Assembly: GCA_963811165.1 (NCBI GenBank)
Contig: CAWEQH010000010.1
Span: forward strand, 800,001 to 864,000
Source of the DNA: an uncultured Nitrospiraceae bacterium
GTDB lineage: Bacteria > Nitrospirota > Thermodesulfovibrionia > Thermodesulfovibrionales > UBA6898
DNA length: 64,000 bases
Direction of reading: 5' to 3'
Part shown: in pieces, positions 21,071 through 30,976 of the stretch
Position numbering within the stretch: position 1 is the first letter of the stretch
Layout: the number at the start of each line of letters is the position of its first letter
The notes under the pieces: model-generated
Seen by the model: only the letters and a program-made list of their open reading frames with translations
Told to the model about the DNA's origin: nothing
Database searches by the model: none
Program-made: the position numbers and the translations under genes

Positions 21071-21332
21071 ATTTTTTCCCGCTTGCCTCGGCCTTGATCG
21101 CCTTCATCAGCTTTTCGTACTTCTCGGCCCCGACGCATTCCCTTGCCGCCGGACACCATTCGATGCAGGAGGGCTTCATCTCGCGGCCCACCTTCTTGCC
21201 GCATTTCTTGCAGTCCATCTCTGTCTCGTCGGACCAGATTTCGTTTACCGCATCGCACCAAAAACACCTTACCTCTTCCGGATACGGGTTCCTTATTTCT
21301 TTGCTTCCCGGACAACCATCTTTCAGTGCCAT
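21069..21332 (-). CDS. Small Cys-rich metal-binding protein
   Basis: CPG...CFWC...EIWSDE...CKKC...SCIEWCPAARECVG (8 Cys). Confidence 0.8.
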   Translation of the reverse strand: MALKDGCPGSKEIRNPYPEEVRCFWCDAVNEIWSDETEMDCKKCGKKVGREMKPSCIEWCPAARECVGAEKYEKLMKAIKAEASGKK

Positions 21333-21446
21333 GATTCTATTTTAGCAGACGGCAGAATAAAGGATATGAGCTAGATCATAGAAATAAAAACCTGCCGGGG
21401 AAGGGCGACGAGGGACAGGACGGTTATTCCGCCCCTGAAGGACTCG

Positions 21447-22412
21447 TCATTCCTTCACAGGCGTCCACGTTTTGTCAGGGTCATACTTTGAAATTGTCTT
21501 TGCAACCTTTGCAGTATTTGGACCCAGGTCTTTCTCATAAATTACGCCCTCTTGATTCACCATGAAGGTCATTATGCCTGATATACCGTATTCCGAGGGA
21601 TACGCAAGCAGGCCGAACCCGGCCGTCATCTTGCCGTTGACGACATAATCTTTTTCACCACCGGGGGCATTACTGCCCTGACTTCTCAGGATATCAAAAA
21701 AATATCCGTGGTATGGCTTACGCTCCTCGCCTGGTTTCCTTGGAGTATAACCTTCCTCAGCGGCGCGGGCAAAGATCGGCCCCAAAGGGCTCAGCTCCTC
21801 CCCTGATACGGACTCCCAATATAAGCCGTCCCTCTTTCCCTTATGGCTTCTAAACCGCTGAGCGTATTGTAATACCCCGTCACCATTGCGATCCTTGCCG
21901 GCATACTCGCGCTGTGCACCAACATACTCCTTAGAGACCTCAATGGTATTTAATTCGTTCCTGCCAATCCTGCGATTAATAATCTCCTGTTTTCCTTCTT
22001 CCGTGGCAAATGCCCATCCCGCCCCCGACTTCACAATAGGGATAGGAAAAGAGCAGGCGTCTTTTCCTATAAGCGGCAGCACTGTCTTCTCATCGAGTTT
22101 GGAAAACTTCACTGCCTCAGCGGCTGCCTTGACAAACCGCTCACGTGCCGCCCTGTCAGCTACCGCATCACCGGAGGATATAACGTCTTTTCCTCCGGGC
22201 CCGAAGATGGCCAGTAATGCCCTTATGTCATCAGTCCTGGCAGCCTCTACGAGCGCCTTGAATGCGTCATCAGGAGACTTGAACTTTTCCTGCTTTATAT
22301 CCTGAGCGGACGCTGCGAAAGCGAACGCAATTACTGCAATAATGAGGGCCGTTACTGCCGTCATATAACGGCCGCGAACTAAGTTTTCTGATTTTGCCCT
22401 ATATCTATACAT
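21447..22412 (-). CDS. DUF2950 family exported protein
   Basis: FKSPDDAFKAL, FPIPIVK, RRIGRNEL, PYHGYFF, GFGLLAYPSEYGISGIMTFMVN. Confidence 0.88.
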   Translation of the reverse strand: MYRYRAKSENLVRGRYMTAVTALIIAVIAFAFAASAQDIKQEKFKSPDDAFKALVEAARTDDIRALLAIFGPGGKDVISSGDAVADRAARERFVKAAAEAVKFSKLDEKTVLPLIGKDACSFPIPIVKSGAGWAFATEEGKQEIINRRIGRNELNTIEVSKEYVGAQREYAGKDRNGDGVLQYAQRFRSHKGKRDGLYWESVSGEELSPLGPIFARAAEEGYTPRKPGEERKPYHGYFFDILRSQGSNAPGGEKDYVVNGKMTAGFGLLAYPSEYGISGIMTFMVNQEGVIYEKDLGPNTAKVAKTISKYDPDKTWTPVKE

Positions 22413-22431
22413 CCTTCCTCCACATATTTAG

Positions 22432-23484
22432 TTAATGGCGCCCTCCGCCATGGAATCCTCCGCCGCCGGACGCCCTGCCGCCGCTAAACCCACCGCCGCT
22501 TCGGCTAGGGGCTGCAGCCGGGACCTGGCCGGAGCTGGAGCGGCTCTGAAACCCGCGATCGCTTGCGCGGTGCTCGACCTTGCCGTTAACGGAATGCTCA
22601 AAGGCACTTGAACGAGCTCCAACAGGATTTTGAGTAACACCATAGCCCCGGAATTCTCTCGTTGCTCCTGTCGCGCGGCTCTTATTGAGAATCGCCTGTG
22701 CGCCGTTCCTCGCGGGGGTGCCTCCCCCGGCTACACCTGTTCTTTGCGGAAAAGCCCCGCGGTGAGTTCTGTATGCAGGGTCGATGCGGGTTATTTTGCC
22801 TGTTTTGGGATCATGGAAATGATTGCTGATAAGTTCCCCATGGTCCTTATCATGGTCACGGTCATGGCCATGATGATGAACTCTCACATTAAAGTCGCCC
22901 AGTATGAAAAATCCAGGGAACCAGAAATCCGTCCACCAAAAAGGATAAGGTACCCAGGTATACAAATATGCATAGTCAGGAGGCGGGGCATAGTAGGTGA
23001 CAACAGGGGGGCCCTCACTCTCATAATAATTATTCTCTACTTCAGAATCAGGATAATTTGGGCCGGATGTCTCATTGCTCTGACCTGAAACGTCCGGCTT
23101 TACCGCCACACCATATCCGGTTATGACATCCTGAAATGTATTGAGTGCTGCATCTTTACCCATGGTCAACTGGCCTGAATCTGCCGCTTCGGCAACGGCG
23201 GTCTGCAATTCGCCGATGATATCAGGGGTCAACGGGTAATCGGCAATCCAACCATTGCGCGGCGCAATGCCGGCCGTACTCAACAAGTCCTCACCTTCCG
23301 TCTCATTTGCAGGTGAGCCCAACTGAAGAGCATCCGCAAGTTTGACAGCTAACGCTCCTTCCCTCACCAGAGGCTGTGATAGTTGAGAATTTGCGGTAGA
23401 CGGTTGGTCAGTCTGTGCGTTTGGCGACATCGGGGTCAAAACAAAAGTCATTACTGCACAGAAAAAAATTAAGAAGCCTTTCAT
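22432..23484 (-). CDS. Exported Pro/Tyr/Trp-rich protein with Gly-rich tail
   Basis: Signal peptide from ATG 23484; PPVVTYYAPPPDYAYLYTWVPYPFWW; His/Asp patch; C-terminal GGGFHGGGRH. Confidence 0.75.
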   Translation of the reverse strand: MKGFLIFFCAVMTFVLTPMSPNAQTDQPSTANSQLSQPLVREGALAVKLADALQLGSPANETEGEDLLSTAGIAPRNGWIADYPLTPDIIGELQTAVAEAADSGQLTMGKDAALNTFQDVITGYGVAVKPDVSGQSNETSGPNYPDSEVENNYYESEGPPVVTYYAPPPDYAYLYTWVPYPFWWTDFWFPGFFILGDFNVRVHHHGHDRDHDKDHGELISNHFHDPKTGKITRIDPAYRTHRGAFPQRTGVAGGGTPARNGAQAILNKSRATGATREFRGYGVTQNPVGARSSAFEHSVNGKVEHRASDRGFQSRSSSGQVPAAAPSRSGGGFSGGRASGGGGFHGGGRH

Positions 23485-23537
23485 CTTCGCCCCTTTCACT
23501 TTTATTATAATACGGTTAGGCTGGATGTCAAAGGTTC

Positions 23538-24131
23538 CTACTCTCTCCATCTCCTATAAATCTCGTGCTCTACCCCCATGGCATCGAGGATTTTGCCGGC
23601 TACAAAGTCGACCATATCGTCCAGGGACTTGGGGGCATGATAAAAACCCATGACGGGCGGCGCTATCTTCACCCCAAGTCTTGCCAACTTAAGCATGTTT
23701 TCGAGATGGATGGCGCTGAAGGGCATCTCCCTCGGTGCAAGGAGCAACGCCCTTCCCTCTTTCATCGTGACGTCCGCAGCACGTTCGATGAGGCTGTTGG
23801 AATAGCCGTTTGCGATCCCTGAGAGGCTCTTCATCGAGCAGGGAACAACGAACATCCCGTCGGTCTTAAATGAACCGCTCGCCACAGGGGCCTCAAAGTC
23901 ACCTTCGTCATGATAATAGATATTCTTCGATGAGGCAAACTTCCTCATTCTCTTCTCTACGGCCGAAGGGGTTTCTCCTGAAAGGTCCACGCCTGTTTCT
24001 TCACGAACGATCGAAAAAGACTGACGGGAGATTATGGTATGCACCTCGGCGGTCCGGGCGAGTTCCCGTAACACCCTCAGTCCTATGACAGGACCGGTCG
24101 CTCCTGTTATGCCGAGGACATATTTTTTCAT
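23538..24131 (-). CDS. ubiX: Flavin prenyltransferase UbiX
   Basis: GITGATG, APVASGS, VPCSMKSL, RAADVTMKEGR, PREMPF. Confidence 0.95.
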   Translation of the reverse strand: MKKYVLGITGATGPVIGLRVLRELARTAEVHTIISRQSFSIVREETGVDLSGETPSAVEKRMRKFASSKNIYYHDEGDFEAPVASGSFKTDGMFVVPCSMKSLSGIANGYSNSLIERAADVTMKEGRALLLAPREMPFSAIHLENMLKLARLGVKIAPPVMGFYHAPKSLDDMVDFVAGKILDAMGVEHEIYRRWRE

Positions 24132-24988
24132 ACGATATAGTCCATCAGGGTGAAGAGAAAGACCGTCATGCTGATATAGCCGTTCATGTTGAAAAAAGCA
24201 ATATCGAGCTTGCTGAGGTCATCCTCTTTTATGAGGGAGTGTTCGTAGACAAAGAGCCCCGCGGCGGCGAGCATACCGATCCAGTAAAAAGCACCGAGCC
24301 GGAAAATAAGGCCGTTTGAGACAAGAAGAAGAAAACTGGCCGCATGGAGCGTCCTTGAGAGATAGAGCGACTTCCTCACACCGAACCTGCGCGGAACCGA
24401 GTAGAGACCATAACTCCTGTCGAATTCAATATCCTGAAGCGCATAGAGCACGTCAAAACCGGCAAGCCAGAGTATGACGGCGGCGGCCAGCGGGATTATT
24501 GAGGGATCGACCGTCCCCTTTACCGCCATCCACGATCCAAGCGGTGAGGCGGATATCGCCAGACCAAGGACAAAATGCGACGCCCAGGTAAACCTCTTCG
24601 TGTAGGAATAAAGCACAAGGACCGCAATCGCAAGAGGTGACAGTCTCAGGCAAAGCGGATTGAGCATGTAAGCGGCCAGTGTCATAAAGCCGAAGGAGAC
24701 GAGCACGAACAAAAAGGTCTCGACCACGCCTATCGCCCCCCTCGGCAGCTCCCTGCCGGCAGTGCGCGGATTGGCGGCATCGATCCGCCTGTCGATTATC
24801 CTGTTTAGTCCCATCGCACCCGATCTCGCCCCGACCATCGCCACAACGATCCAGAATATCTGCTGCGCAGAAGGGAACCCGGCTGCCGCAATGAGCGCGG
24901 CGGTAAAGGCAAACGGGAGAGCAAAGATAGAATGGGAGAACTTTATCATCCTCAGATAAAGAGTAATTTTCTGAAAAACCGCACTCAT
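24128..24988 (-). CDS. ubiA: UbiA-family prenyltransferase (MqnP-like)
   Basis: IKFSHSIFALPF, NRIIDRRIDAANPRT, YSYTKRFT, FDVLYALQDIEFD. Confidence 0.9.
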   Translation of the reverse strand: MSAVFQKITLYLRMIKFSHSIFALPFAFTAALIAAAGFPSAQQIFWIVVAMVGARSGAMGLNRIIDRRIDAANPRTAGRELPRGAIGVVETFLFVLVSFGFMTLAAYMLNPLCLRLSPLAIAVLVLYSYTKRFTWASHFVLGLAISASPLGSWMAVKGTVDPSIIPLAAAVILWLAGFDVLYALQDIEFDRSYGLYSVPRRFGVRKSLYLSRTLHAASFLLLVSNGLIFRLGAFYWIGMLAAAGLFVYEHSLIKEDDLSKLDIAFFNMNGYISMTVFLFTLMDYIV

Positions 24989-25051
24989 AGATACCTTGTA
25001 TTTTGATCGTTCGCTATTTTCTTCTGCCGGGGAAAACTTTGTCAAATGCGA

Positions 25052-25744
25052 TCATTGCCCCTTGACCGGCGGTTTGAGGAAATCGACCAGACTCATGATC
25101 TCTTCATTTTTGAGGGGTCCCCCGTGAGCGAGGTCCCACCCGGGCATCGATGTCTTCGCAACGCCTTCCCTGATCGCCTTTTCGATGCTTTCCCTGGACT
25201 TCTCCCTCATATCGCGCTGAGCAGGAGCGATCCTCCCTGCGCTGTGGCAGAACACACAGTCTGTGACAAAGAGGTCGAAACCCTGCTTTCCCTTCCCCTG
25301 AAGCACATGACAACTCTTACAGTTGCCGTTAAATATTTCCGACGGGGAGTACGACTTCATATGAACGGGGTCCTTTATCGTCATCCGGACCGCAATAGTA
25401 GTCTTGGGCGTTTTAGGATCGTTTGTATTCACCTGGACCGTCTTATATATGGTCCCGAGTTTCCCTCTTATGTCGACCGAAAGCCTTATCTTCCCTTTCT
25501 CTCCGGGCTTAAGACGGCTCGAACTAGCCATCGCCGCGGTGCAGCCTCAGGAAGGGACGAGGCCCTCTATCAGAAGGTCCTCGTCGCCTCTATTTTCGAA
25601 TTCGAAAAAATGCTCTACCCTGTCTTCCTTCTGGGTTATCGTGCCGAGGTCGTCTTCCAGTTTTTCGAAGTATACCGCCGGCTGCGCATGCGAAACGCCG
25701 CCTGCAGCAAGGAGAATAATTATGGCCAGGAATATTTTCATCAT
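25052..25744 (-). CDS. Putative selenoprotein: signal peptide + DUF1573-like domain (S-U-G-C-T) + diheme cytochrome c
   Basis: ORFs 25547-25744 and 25052-25531 share a frame and are separated only by TGA (25549-25547). The read-through sequence is [13 protein letters not shown]. Heme motifs CKSCH and CVFCH are present, and a SECIS-like hairpin follows the TGA. Confidence 0.8.
25513..25532 (-). promoter_or_regulatory. Bacterial SECIS-like hairpin
   Basis: GAUGGCU-AGUUCG-AGCCGUC: 7-bp stem, loop begins 21 nt after the UGA, G at loop position 2. Confidence 0.6.
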
Positions 25745-25847
25745 GACTTATATTCTACATCAGCACGCGGTAAAAAGTGCACGACGGCTGCCGGGATGCG
25801 TTTCCTTAACATATGCGATTGTATTCAGTTATAGTAAAAGACACGGC

Positions 25848-28376
25848 ATGCAGAAGTTCATCAACATAAAAGGCGCCAGGGAACACAACCTTAAGAATAT
25901 CGATCTGAGGATCCCGAGACAGGCAATCACGGTTATCACGGGCCCATCGGGTTCTGGAAAATCCTCGCTCGCCATGGACACAATATACGCGGAGGGCCAG
26001 AGGCGTTATGTCGAGAGCCTCTCGGCATATTCCCGGCAGTTCCTCGAACAGCTCAGGAAGCCCGATGTCGATTTTATCGAAGGGCTCTCGCCCTCGATCG
26101 CGATAGACCAGAAAACGGTAAACAGGAGCCCGCGGTCGACACTCGGGACGATCACGGAGATATACGATTACCTGCGCGTCCTTTATACGAGGCTGGGAAA
26201 GGCCTTTTGCTATAACTGCGGGTCCGAAATATCGACCCAGGAATCCAGGGACGTTATGCAGGCGATTTTATCGCTGCCCGAGGGGACAAGGATCCAGGTC
26301 CTTGCACCCATCGTAAAGGACAGAAAAGGCAACTACAGGAAAGAGCTCCAGGAAATGAGAAACGAGGGGTTCGTAAGGGCGAGGATCGACAACGCCATGG
26401 CTGACCTCACCCAGGAGATCATCCTCGAAAAAAAGAAACGTCATACCATAGAGATAGTCATCGACAGGCTGATTATCAAGAGTGGTATAGAACGGCAGCT
26501 TACGGAGGCGGTCGACACCGCTTTTAAATATTCGGACACGGTGGTGGCCAACCTGCTGAGGGAAGACAGGGACATCCTTTTTTCAAGGACCACGGCATGC
26601 CAGAAATGCGGGATAAGCTATCCCGAGATATCCCCGAGATTCTTCTCCTTTAACAGTAAGGCGGGTGCATGTCCGGCCTGTAACGGCCTGGGGTTCAGGG
26701 GCATATCCGAAGACACACAGGAACTCGGCGAAGAGCGCTTCTGCCGGGCGTGCAAGGGGTTCAGATTGAGACGCGAGGCGCTGAGTGTGAAGTTCATGGG
26801 AATTCATATCGGTGAGCTAAGCAGGATGGCGGTTTACGATGCCCTCTCCTTCCTCGAAAGACTGAATTTGACCGAAAGGGAAGGTATCATCGCCTCACGC
26901 ATCCTCAAAGAAGTCAGGGACAGGCTCTCTTTTCTCGCAAAGGTCGGCCTGGGATATCTTACGCTCGACAGACCGTCGCTCACCCTCTCCGGGGGAGAGG
27001 CCCAGAGGATCAGACTTGCCACCCAGATGGGCTCCTCCCTCACCGGCGTGCTTTATGTGCTCGATGAGCCGAGCATAGGGCTCCATCCGAGGGACTGCGC
27101 AAAACTCCTCGATAGCCTTTCTTCGATACGGGACGCGGACAATACGATCATCATAGTCGAGCATGACGAAGAGACCATCAGATGGGCCGACCATATCATA
27201 GATATGGGTCCAGGCGCCGGCGTCAGGGGAGGATGGGTCGTAGCGGTGGGAACGCCCGGGCAGATACAAAAAGATGAGAGGTCGCTGACCGGCCAATACC
27301 TTAACGGATCTCTTTCCATAGAAATACCGGGCAGAAGGAGAAGGCCGGAAGACTTCATCGGCATAAGGGGCGCATCAGAACATAATCTCAAGGACCTTGA
27401 CGTAGATATCCCCCTGAAGCTCTTTACCTGTGTCACCGGGGTGTCGGGGTCGGGTAAAAGCACCCTGGTCTTCGACATCCTTTACCGGGCTGCGGAAAAA
27501 AAGTTTTCTGCGGGACAGGACCTTGTCCCGCCCGGGAAATACAGGGAGATTACCGGACTGGACCTTGTCGACCGTGTAATAAGCGTCGACCAGGCGCCCA
27601 TAGGACGGACCCCGAGGTCGAACCCGGCAACCTATACAGGGTTCTTCTCTTTTATCAGGGAACTTTTCGCCATGCTCGCTGAATCAAAGGTGAGGGGCTA
27701 TAAGACTTCGAGGTTCAGTTTCAACGTTTCAGGCGGCCGGTGCGAATCCTGCCGGGGCAACGGTCTGATCAAGGTCGAGATGCATTTTCTGCCGGACGTG
27801 TATGTGGAGTGCGACAAGTGCAAAGGGAGGAGATACAACGCCGAGACACTCGAGATACGATATAAGGAGAAGAACATCGCCGACGTCCTTGATATGACCG
27901 TATCCGAGGCGCTCCGGTTCTTCGAAAACATCCCGCATGTCCGAAAGCGGCTGGAGGTACTTGAAGAGATAGGGCTCGGATATCTTCAGCTCGGCCAGCC
28001 GGCAACGACTCTCTCCGGCGGAGAGGCGCAGAGGATAAGACTTTCCCGGGAACTTGCAAGGAAGGCCAGAGGCAAAACCCTCTATATATTCGACGAGCCG
28101 ACAACCGGCCTACATTTCGTCGACATACAAAAACTGCTCGACGTGCTGAATTTGCTCGTCGACCAGGGCAATACCGTAGTCGTGATAGAGCATAACCTGG
28201 ATATCATAAAATCGGCCGACCACATAATAGACCTGGGACCGGAGGGCGGAGAAGCCGGGGGGAGCGTCGTTGCGGAAGGCGCCCCTGATGAAGTGGCCGA
28301 AAATGAAGCCTCCCATACGGGGAGGTTCCTCAAGGAGAAGCTCTCAAGGGGCCGGCTGGTGGGCGTATCCTCATGA
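25848..28376 (+). CDS. uvrA: Excinuclease ABC subunit A (842 aa, no insertion domain)
   Basis: GAREHNLK, two Walker A motifs, two LSGGEAQR signatures, zinc fingers; start placed at ATG 25848. Confidence 0.97.
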   Translation: MQKFINIKGAREHNLKNIDLRIPRQAITVITGPSGSGKSSLAMDTIYAEGQRRYVESLSAYSRQFLEQLRKPDVDFIEGLSPSIAIDQKTVNRSPRSTLGTITEIYDYLRVLYTRLGKAFCYNCGSEISTQESRDVMQAILSLPEGTRIQVLAPIVKDRKGNYRKELQEMRNEGFVRARIDNAMADLTQEIILEKKKRHTIEIVIDRLIIKSGIERQLTEAVDTAFKYSDTVVANLLREDRDILFSRTTACQKCGISYPEISPRFFSFNSKAGACPACNGLGFRGISEDTQELGEERFCRACKGFRLRREALSVKFMGIHIGELSRMAVYDALSFLERLNLTEREGIIASRILKEVRDRLSFLAKVGLGYLTLDRPSLTLSGGEAQRIRLATQMGSSLTGVLYVLDEPSIGLHPRDCAKLLDSLSSIRDADNTIIIVEHDEETIRWADHIIDMGPGAGVRGGWVVAVGTPGQIQKDERSLTGQYLNGSLSIEIPGRRRRPEDFIGIRGASEHNLKDLDVDIPLKLFTCVTGVSGSGKSTLVFDILYRAAEKKFSAGQDLVPPGKYREITGLDLVDRVISVDQAPIGRTPRSNPATYTGFFSFIRELFAMLAESKVRGYKTSRFSFNVSGGRCESCRGNGLIKVEMHFLPDVYVECDKCKGRRYNAETLEIRYKEKNIADVLDMTVSEALRFFENIPHVRKRLEVLEEIGLGYLQLGQPATTLSGGEAQRIRLSRELARKARGKTLYIFDEPTTGLHFVDIQKLLDVLNLLVDQGNTVVVIEHNLDIIKSADHIIDLGPEGGEAGGSVVAEGAPDEVAENEASHTGRFLKEKLSRGRLVGVSS

Positions 28377-29386
28377 AGATAAAGATACTTCTTTTCTTGT
28401 TGCTCATTTTGACGGCCGTTACCATTTCGTGCAGCAAGGGCAGACTCTCGATGTACAAAAAAACAAAACCGCTTATGGATACCCTGGTGACGATCACCGT
28501 GGTTTCCGGGTCGGGCGAAGAAGCGGACAGGGCGACCGAACAGGCTTTTTCGGTCATCGAACGGTTCGGCGACAAGATCAATTTTTTTTCCGATAGTAGC
28601 GAGCTCTCTGCGATCAACAGGAATGCCGGGATCGCCCCGGTGAAGGTGTCACGCGAAACAGTCGGGGTGATAGAAAGGGCGGTCTATATCGCACAGAAAT
28701 CAGGAGGGGCATTTGATCCGACGATAGGACCTGAGATAAAGATGTGGGACTTCTTCAAAAAGGTGAGGCCGACAGATGCCGCTATTAAAGAAAAACTCTC
28801 CCTCGTAAATTACAGGGATATTATTTTGGACCGGAACAACTCCACCGTATTCCTCAGAAGAAAAGGCATGCTGATGGACTTGGGGGGTATTGCAAAGGGA
28901 TATGCTGCGGACCTGGCATTGACGAATCTCAAACAAATCGGTATCCGGGGCGGGATTGTTGCGGCAGCAGGAGATATCAGGGCGTTCGGTTTAAAACCGG
29001 ACGGTTCGTTATGGAACGTCGGGATCAAGAACCCGCGGCAGCAAAGCGAGGCCGACGAGCTGATTGCGAAGGCCAGGCTTACGAACAAGGCGATATCGAC
29101 ATCGGGTGATTACGAAAGATATTTCATCGAAGACGGTAAGCGGTACCATCATATATTAGACCCAAAAACAGGCCTTCCCGCCGACCAGTGCAGGAGCGTG
29201 ACCGTAATAAGCGATAGTGGTGTCTATGCGGACGGTTTTTCCACGGCGGTCTTCGTCTCAGGGCCCGAAAAGGGTATGAAGCTTGTCAGAGAGGCCGGGG
29301 TCGATGCGATACTCATTGACAAAGACGGGGTCGTTCATACAACACCGGGGATCAAAGGGATGGTGACGTTTGAAGACAGTCATTAG
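28373..29386 (+). CDS. apbE: FAD:protein FMN transferase ApbE (lipoprotein)
   Basis: Lipobox-like [42 protein letters not shown]. Confidence 0.95.
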   Translation: MKIKILLFLLLILTAVTISCSKGRLSMYKKTKPLMDTLVTITVVSGSGEEADRATEQAFSVIERFGDKINFFSDSSELSAINRNAGIAPVKVSRETVGVIERAVYIAQKSGGAFDPTIGPEIKMWDFFKKVRPTDAAIKEKLSLVNYRDIILDRNNSTVFLRRKGMLMDLGGIAKGYAADLALTNLKQIGIRGGIVAAAGDIRAFGLKPDGSLWNVGIKNPRQQSEADELIAKARLTNKAISTSGDYERYFIEDGKRYHHILDPKTGLPADQCRSVTVISDSGVYADGFSTAVFVSGPEKGMKLVREAGVDAILIDKDGVVHTTPGIKGMVTFEDSH

Positions 29387-29756
29387 AGACACCACTGTTG
29401 CCGATAAACTGCTTTTTCTCGTCCTGATCACGGCAGCCGTGGCGGGCATATTCATCTCAAGAGAAGCGATGCCGCAGGGGAACGACGTCATCGTAGAGAT
29501 TAACGGTAAAACCGCATACACGTTTGCCCTGGATATAGACCGAATCTTTCCGATCCCGGGACCTTTTGGAGAGACCGTCGTCGAGATCAGGGACAAGAAA
29601 GTTCGCGTCAGGGAGGCCCATTGCCCTAACAGGCTCTGCGAAAAACAGGGCTGGGTCGTAAAGGGGGTCATCGTCTGCCTGCCTAACCATATCGTCATCT
29701 CGGTCGGGGGCAAGGCTGCCGATTCCCCGAAGGACGTAGATGCAATTACAGGATAA
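29370..29756 (+). CDS. NusG domain II-containing protein
   Basis: N-terminal TM, CPNRLCEKQGWV, IVCLPNHIVI. Confidence 0.88.
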   Translation: MKTVIRDTTVADKLLFLVLITAAVAGIFISREAMPQGNDVIVEINGKTAYTFALDIDRIFPIPGPFGETVVEIRDKKVRVREAHCPNRLCEKQGWVVKGVIVCLPNHIVISVGGKAADSPKDVDAITG

Positions 29757-30288
29757 GTACCGGATCGCAGTCCTTTCCGCCTTTGCCCTTGCGCTTTACG
29801 GCATCGAGAGCCTCATTCCTACACCCATACCGTGGCTGAGACTCGGGCTTGCCAACATCGTGACCCTTGTGGCTCTGGTGCTTTACGGCTTTCGCACCGC
29901 AATGACGGTAACCCTGATAAGGGTGATTTTAGGCTCGCTCTTTACGGGAACATTTCTCGGCCCATCATTTGTCCTCAGCTTTGGCGGGGGAGTCACGAGT
30001 ACGGCGGCGATGGGATTGACCTATTTGGCTTTGAAGGATGTCTTCGGGCCGGTAGGCCTGAGTCTGATCGGGGCATTTTTTCATAATATTGCCCAACTGA
30101 CACTCGCATACTTCTTTTTCATACAAAGGATTGAGGCGATGTGTATCATCGGTCCCATCATTGTCCTTATAGGGACCCTGACCGGGGTGGCAAACGGAGC
30201 GGTCTCGGGTATTCTGATAAAAAAACTATTGAAAAATAAAGTCGGGAAAATTCAAAATGATAATGAAGAGAAGGGGCATCTGCAATGA
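29740..30288 (+). CDS. Gx transporter family (heptaprenyl diphosphate synthase component I-like)
   Basis: [33 protein letters not shown]. Confidence 0.88.
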   Translation: MQLQDKYRIAVLSAFALALYGIESLIPTPIPWLRLGLANIVTLVALVLYGFRTAMTVTLIRVILGSLFTGTFLGPSFVLSFGGGVTSTAAMGLTYLALKDVFGPVGLSLIGAFFHNIAQLTLAYFFFIQRIEAMCIIGPIIVLIGTLTGVANGAVSGILIKKLLKNKVGKIQNDNEEKGHLQ

Positions 30289-30464
30289 AGATACGATGTC
30301 CGGTATGTAAGGAACTGACTACGTGGGAAGAAAACCGTTTCAGACCCTTCTGTTCGGAAAGGTGCAAACTTATCGATCTCGGCGCGTGGGCATCTGAGGA
30401 TTACAAAATCCCCGGCAAAAAAGAAGAGGAAGAAGACGAGGAGCAAAAAGAGGAAGACGCATGA
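30285..30464 (+). CDS. yacG: DNA gyrase inhibitor YacG (59 aa, missed by ORF track)
   Basis: Hand translation [44 protein letters not shown]...; ATGA overlap with the upstream gene. Confidence 0.93.
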   Translation: MKIRCPVCKELTTWEENRFRPFCSERCKLIDLGAWASEDYKIPGKKEEEEDEEQKEEDA

Positions 30465-30976
30465 CCTCCCTTCCGTTATCTCACCCGCAATAATCAGCAG
30501 TTGCGCCGACAGCTCTTGTCGACAAAATTACCGGCTTTACCTTTCATATGGAAGTCCTCTATCCGAGCTTGTAGGCGGGATTGAAAAGTGCACCGACTAA
30601 CCAACGCCGCGGCCTTCTCAGCGACAGTGTTGATTTCCAAAATAACATGTCACAACTGGCTTGCGATGTACGGATCGTAATCTTCGTTGGCCGGTTCACT
30701 TGAGAAAACTCATGTACAGCCATAAGTGTTGTTATTTCGCGTGGGCCGATGGTTCTCAATTACGGGATGAAGATTTCGCTCTGAGAACATTTGTTTCTCC
30801 ACCAACAAAACAGATTAGAGATTCAAGGGTGTTTGGAAACTGCTAAGTTACCGCAACACATCACAACATTCTTTCTGCAACAACAATTCATTTGCAATGG
30901 CATATAAATTCAACTAACATGTGATTAGGGGGTATAAAGAGAGCATAAATCATGGTTTCATGAATGGGGAGATTAG

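Noticed and set aside
25404..25847. 148-aa N-terminal extension of UvrA in the ORF track
   Set aside because: It is antisense to the Sec-cytochrome gene; UvrA similarity begins at ATG 25848.
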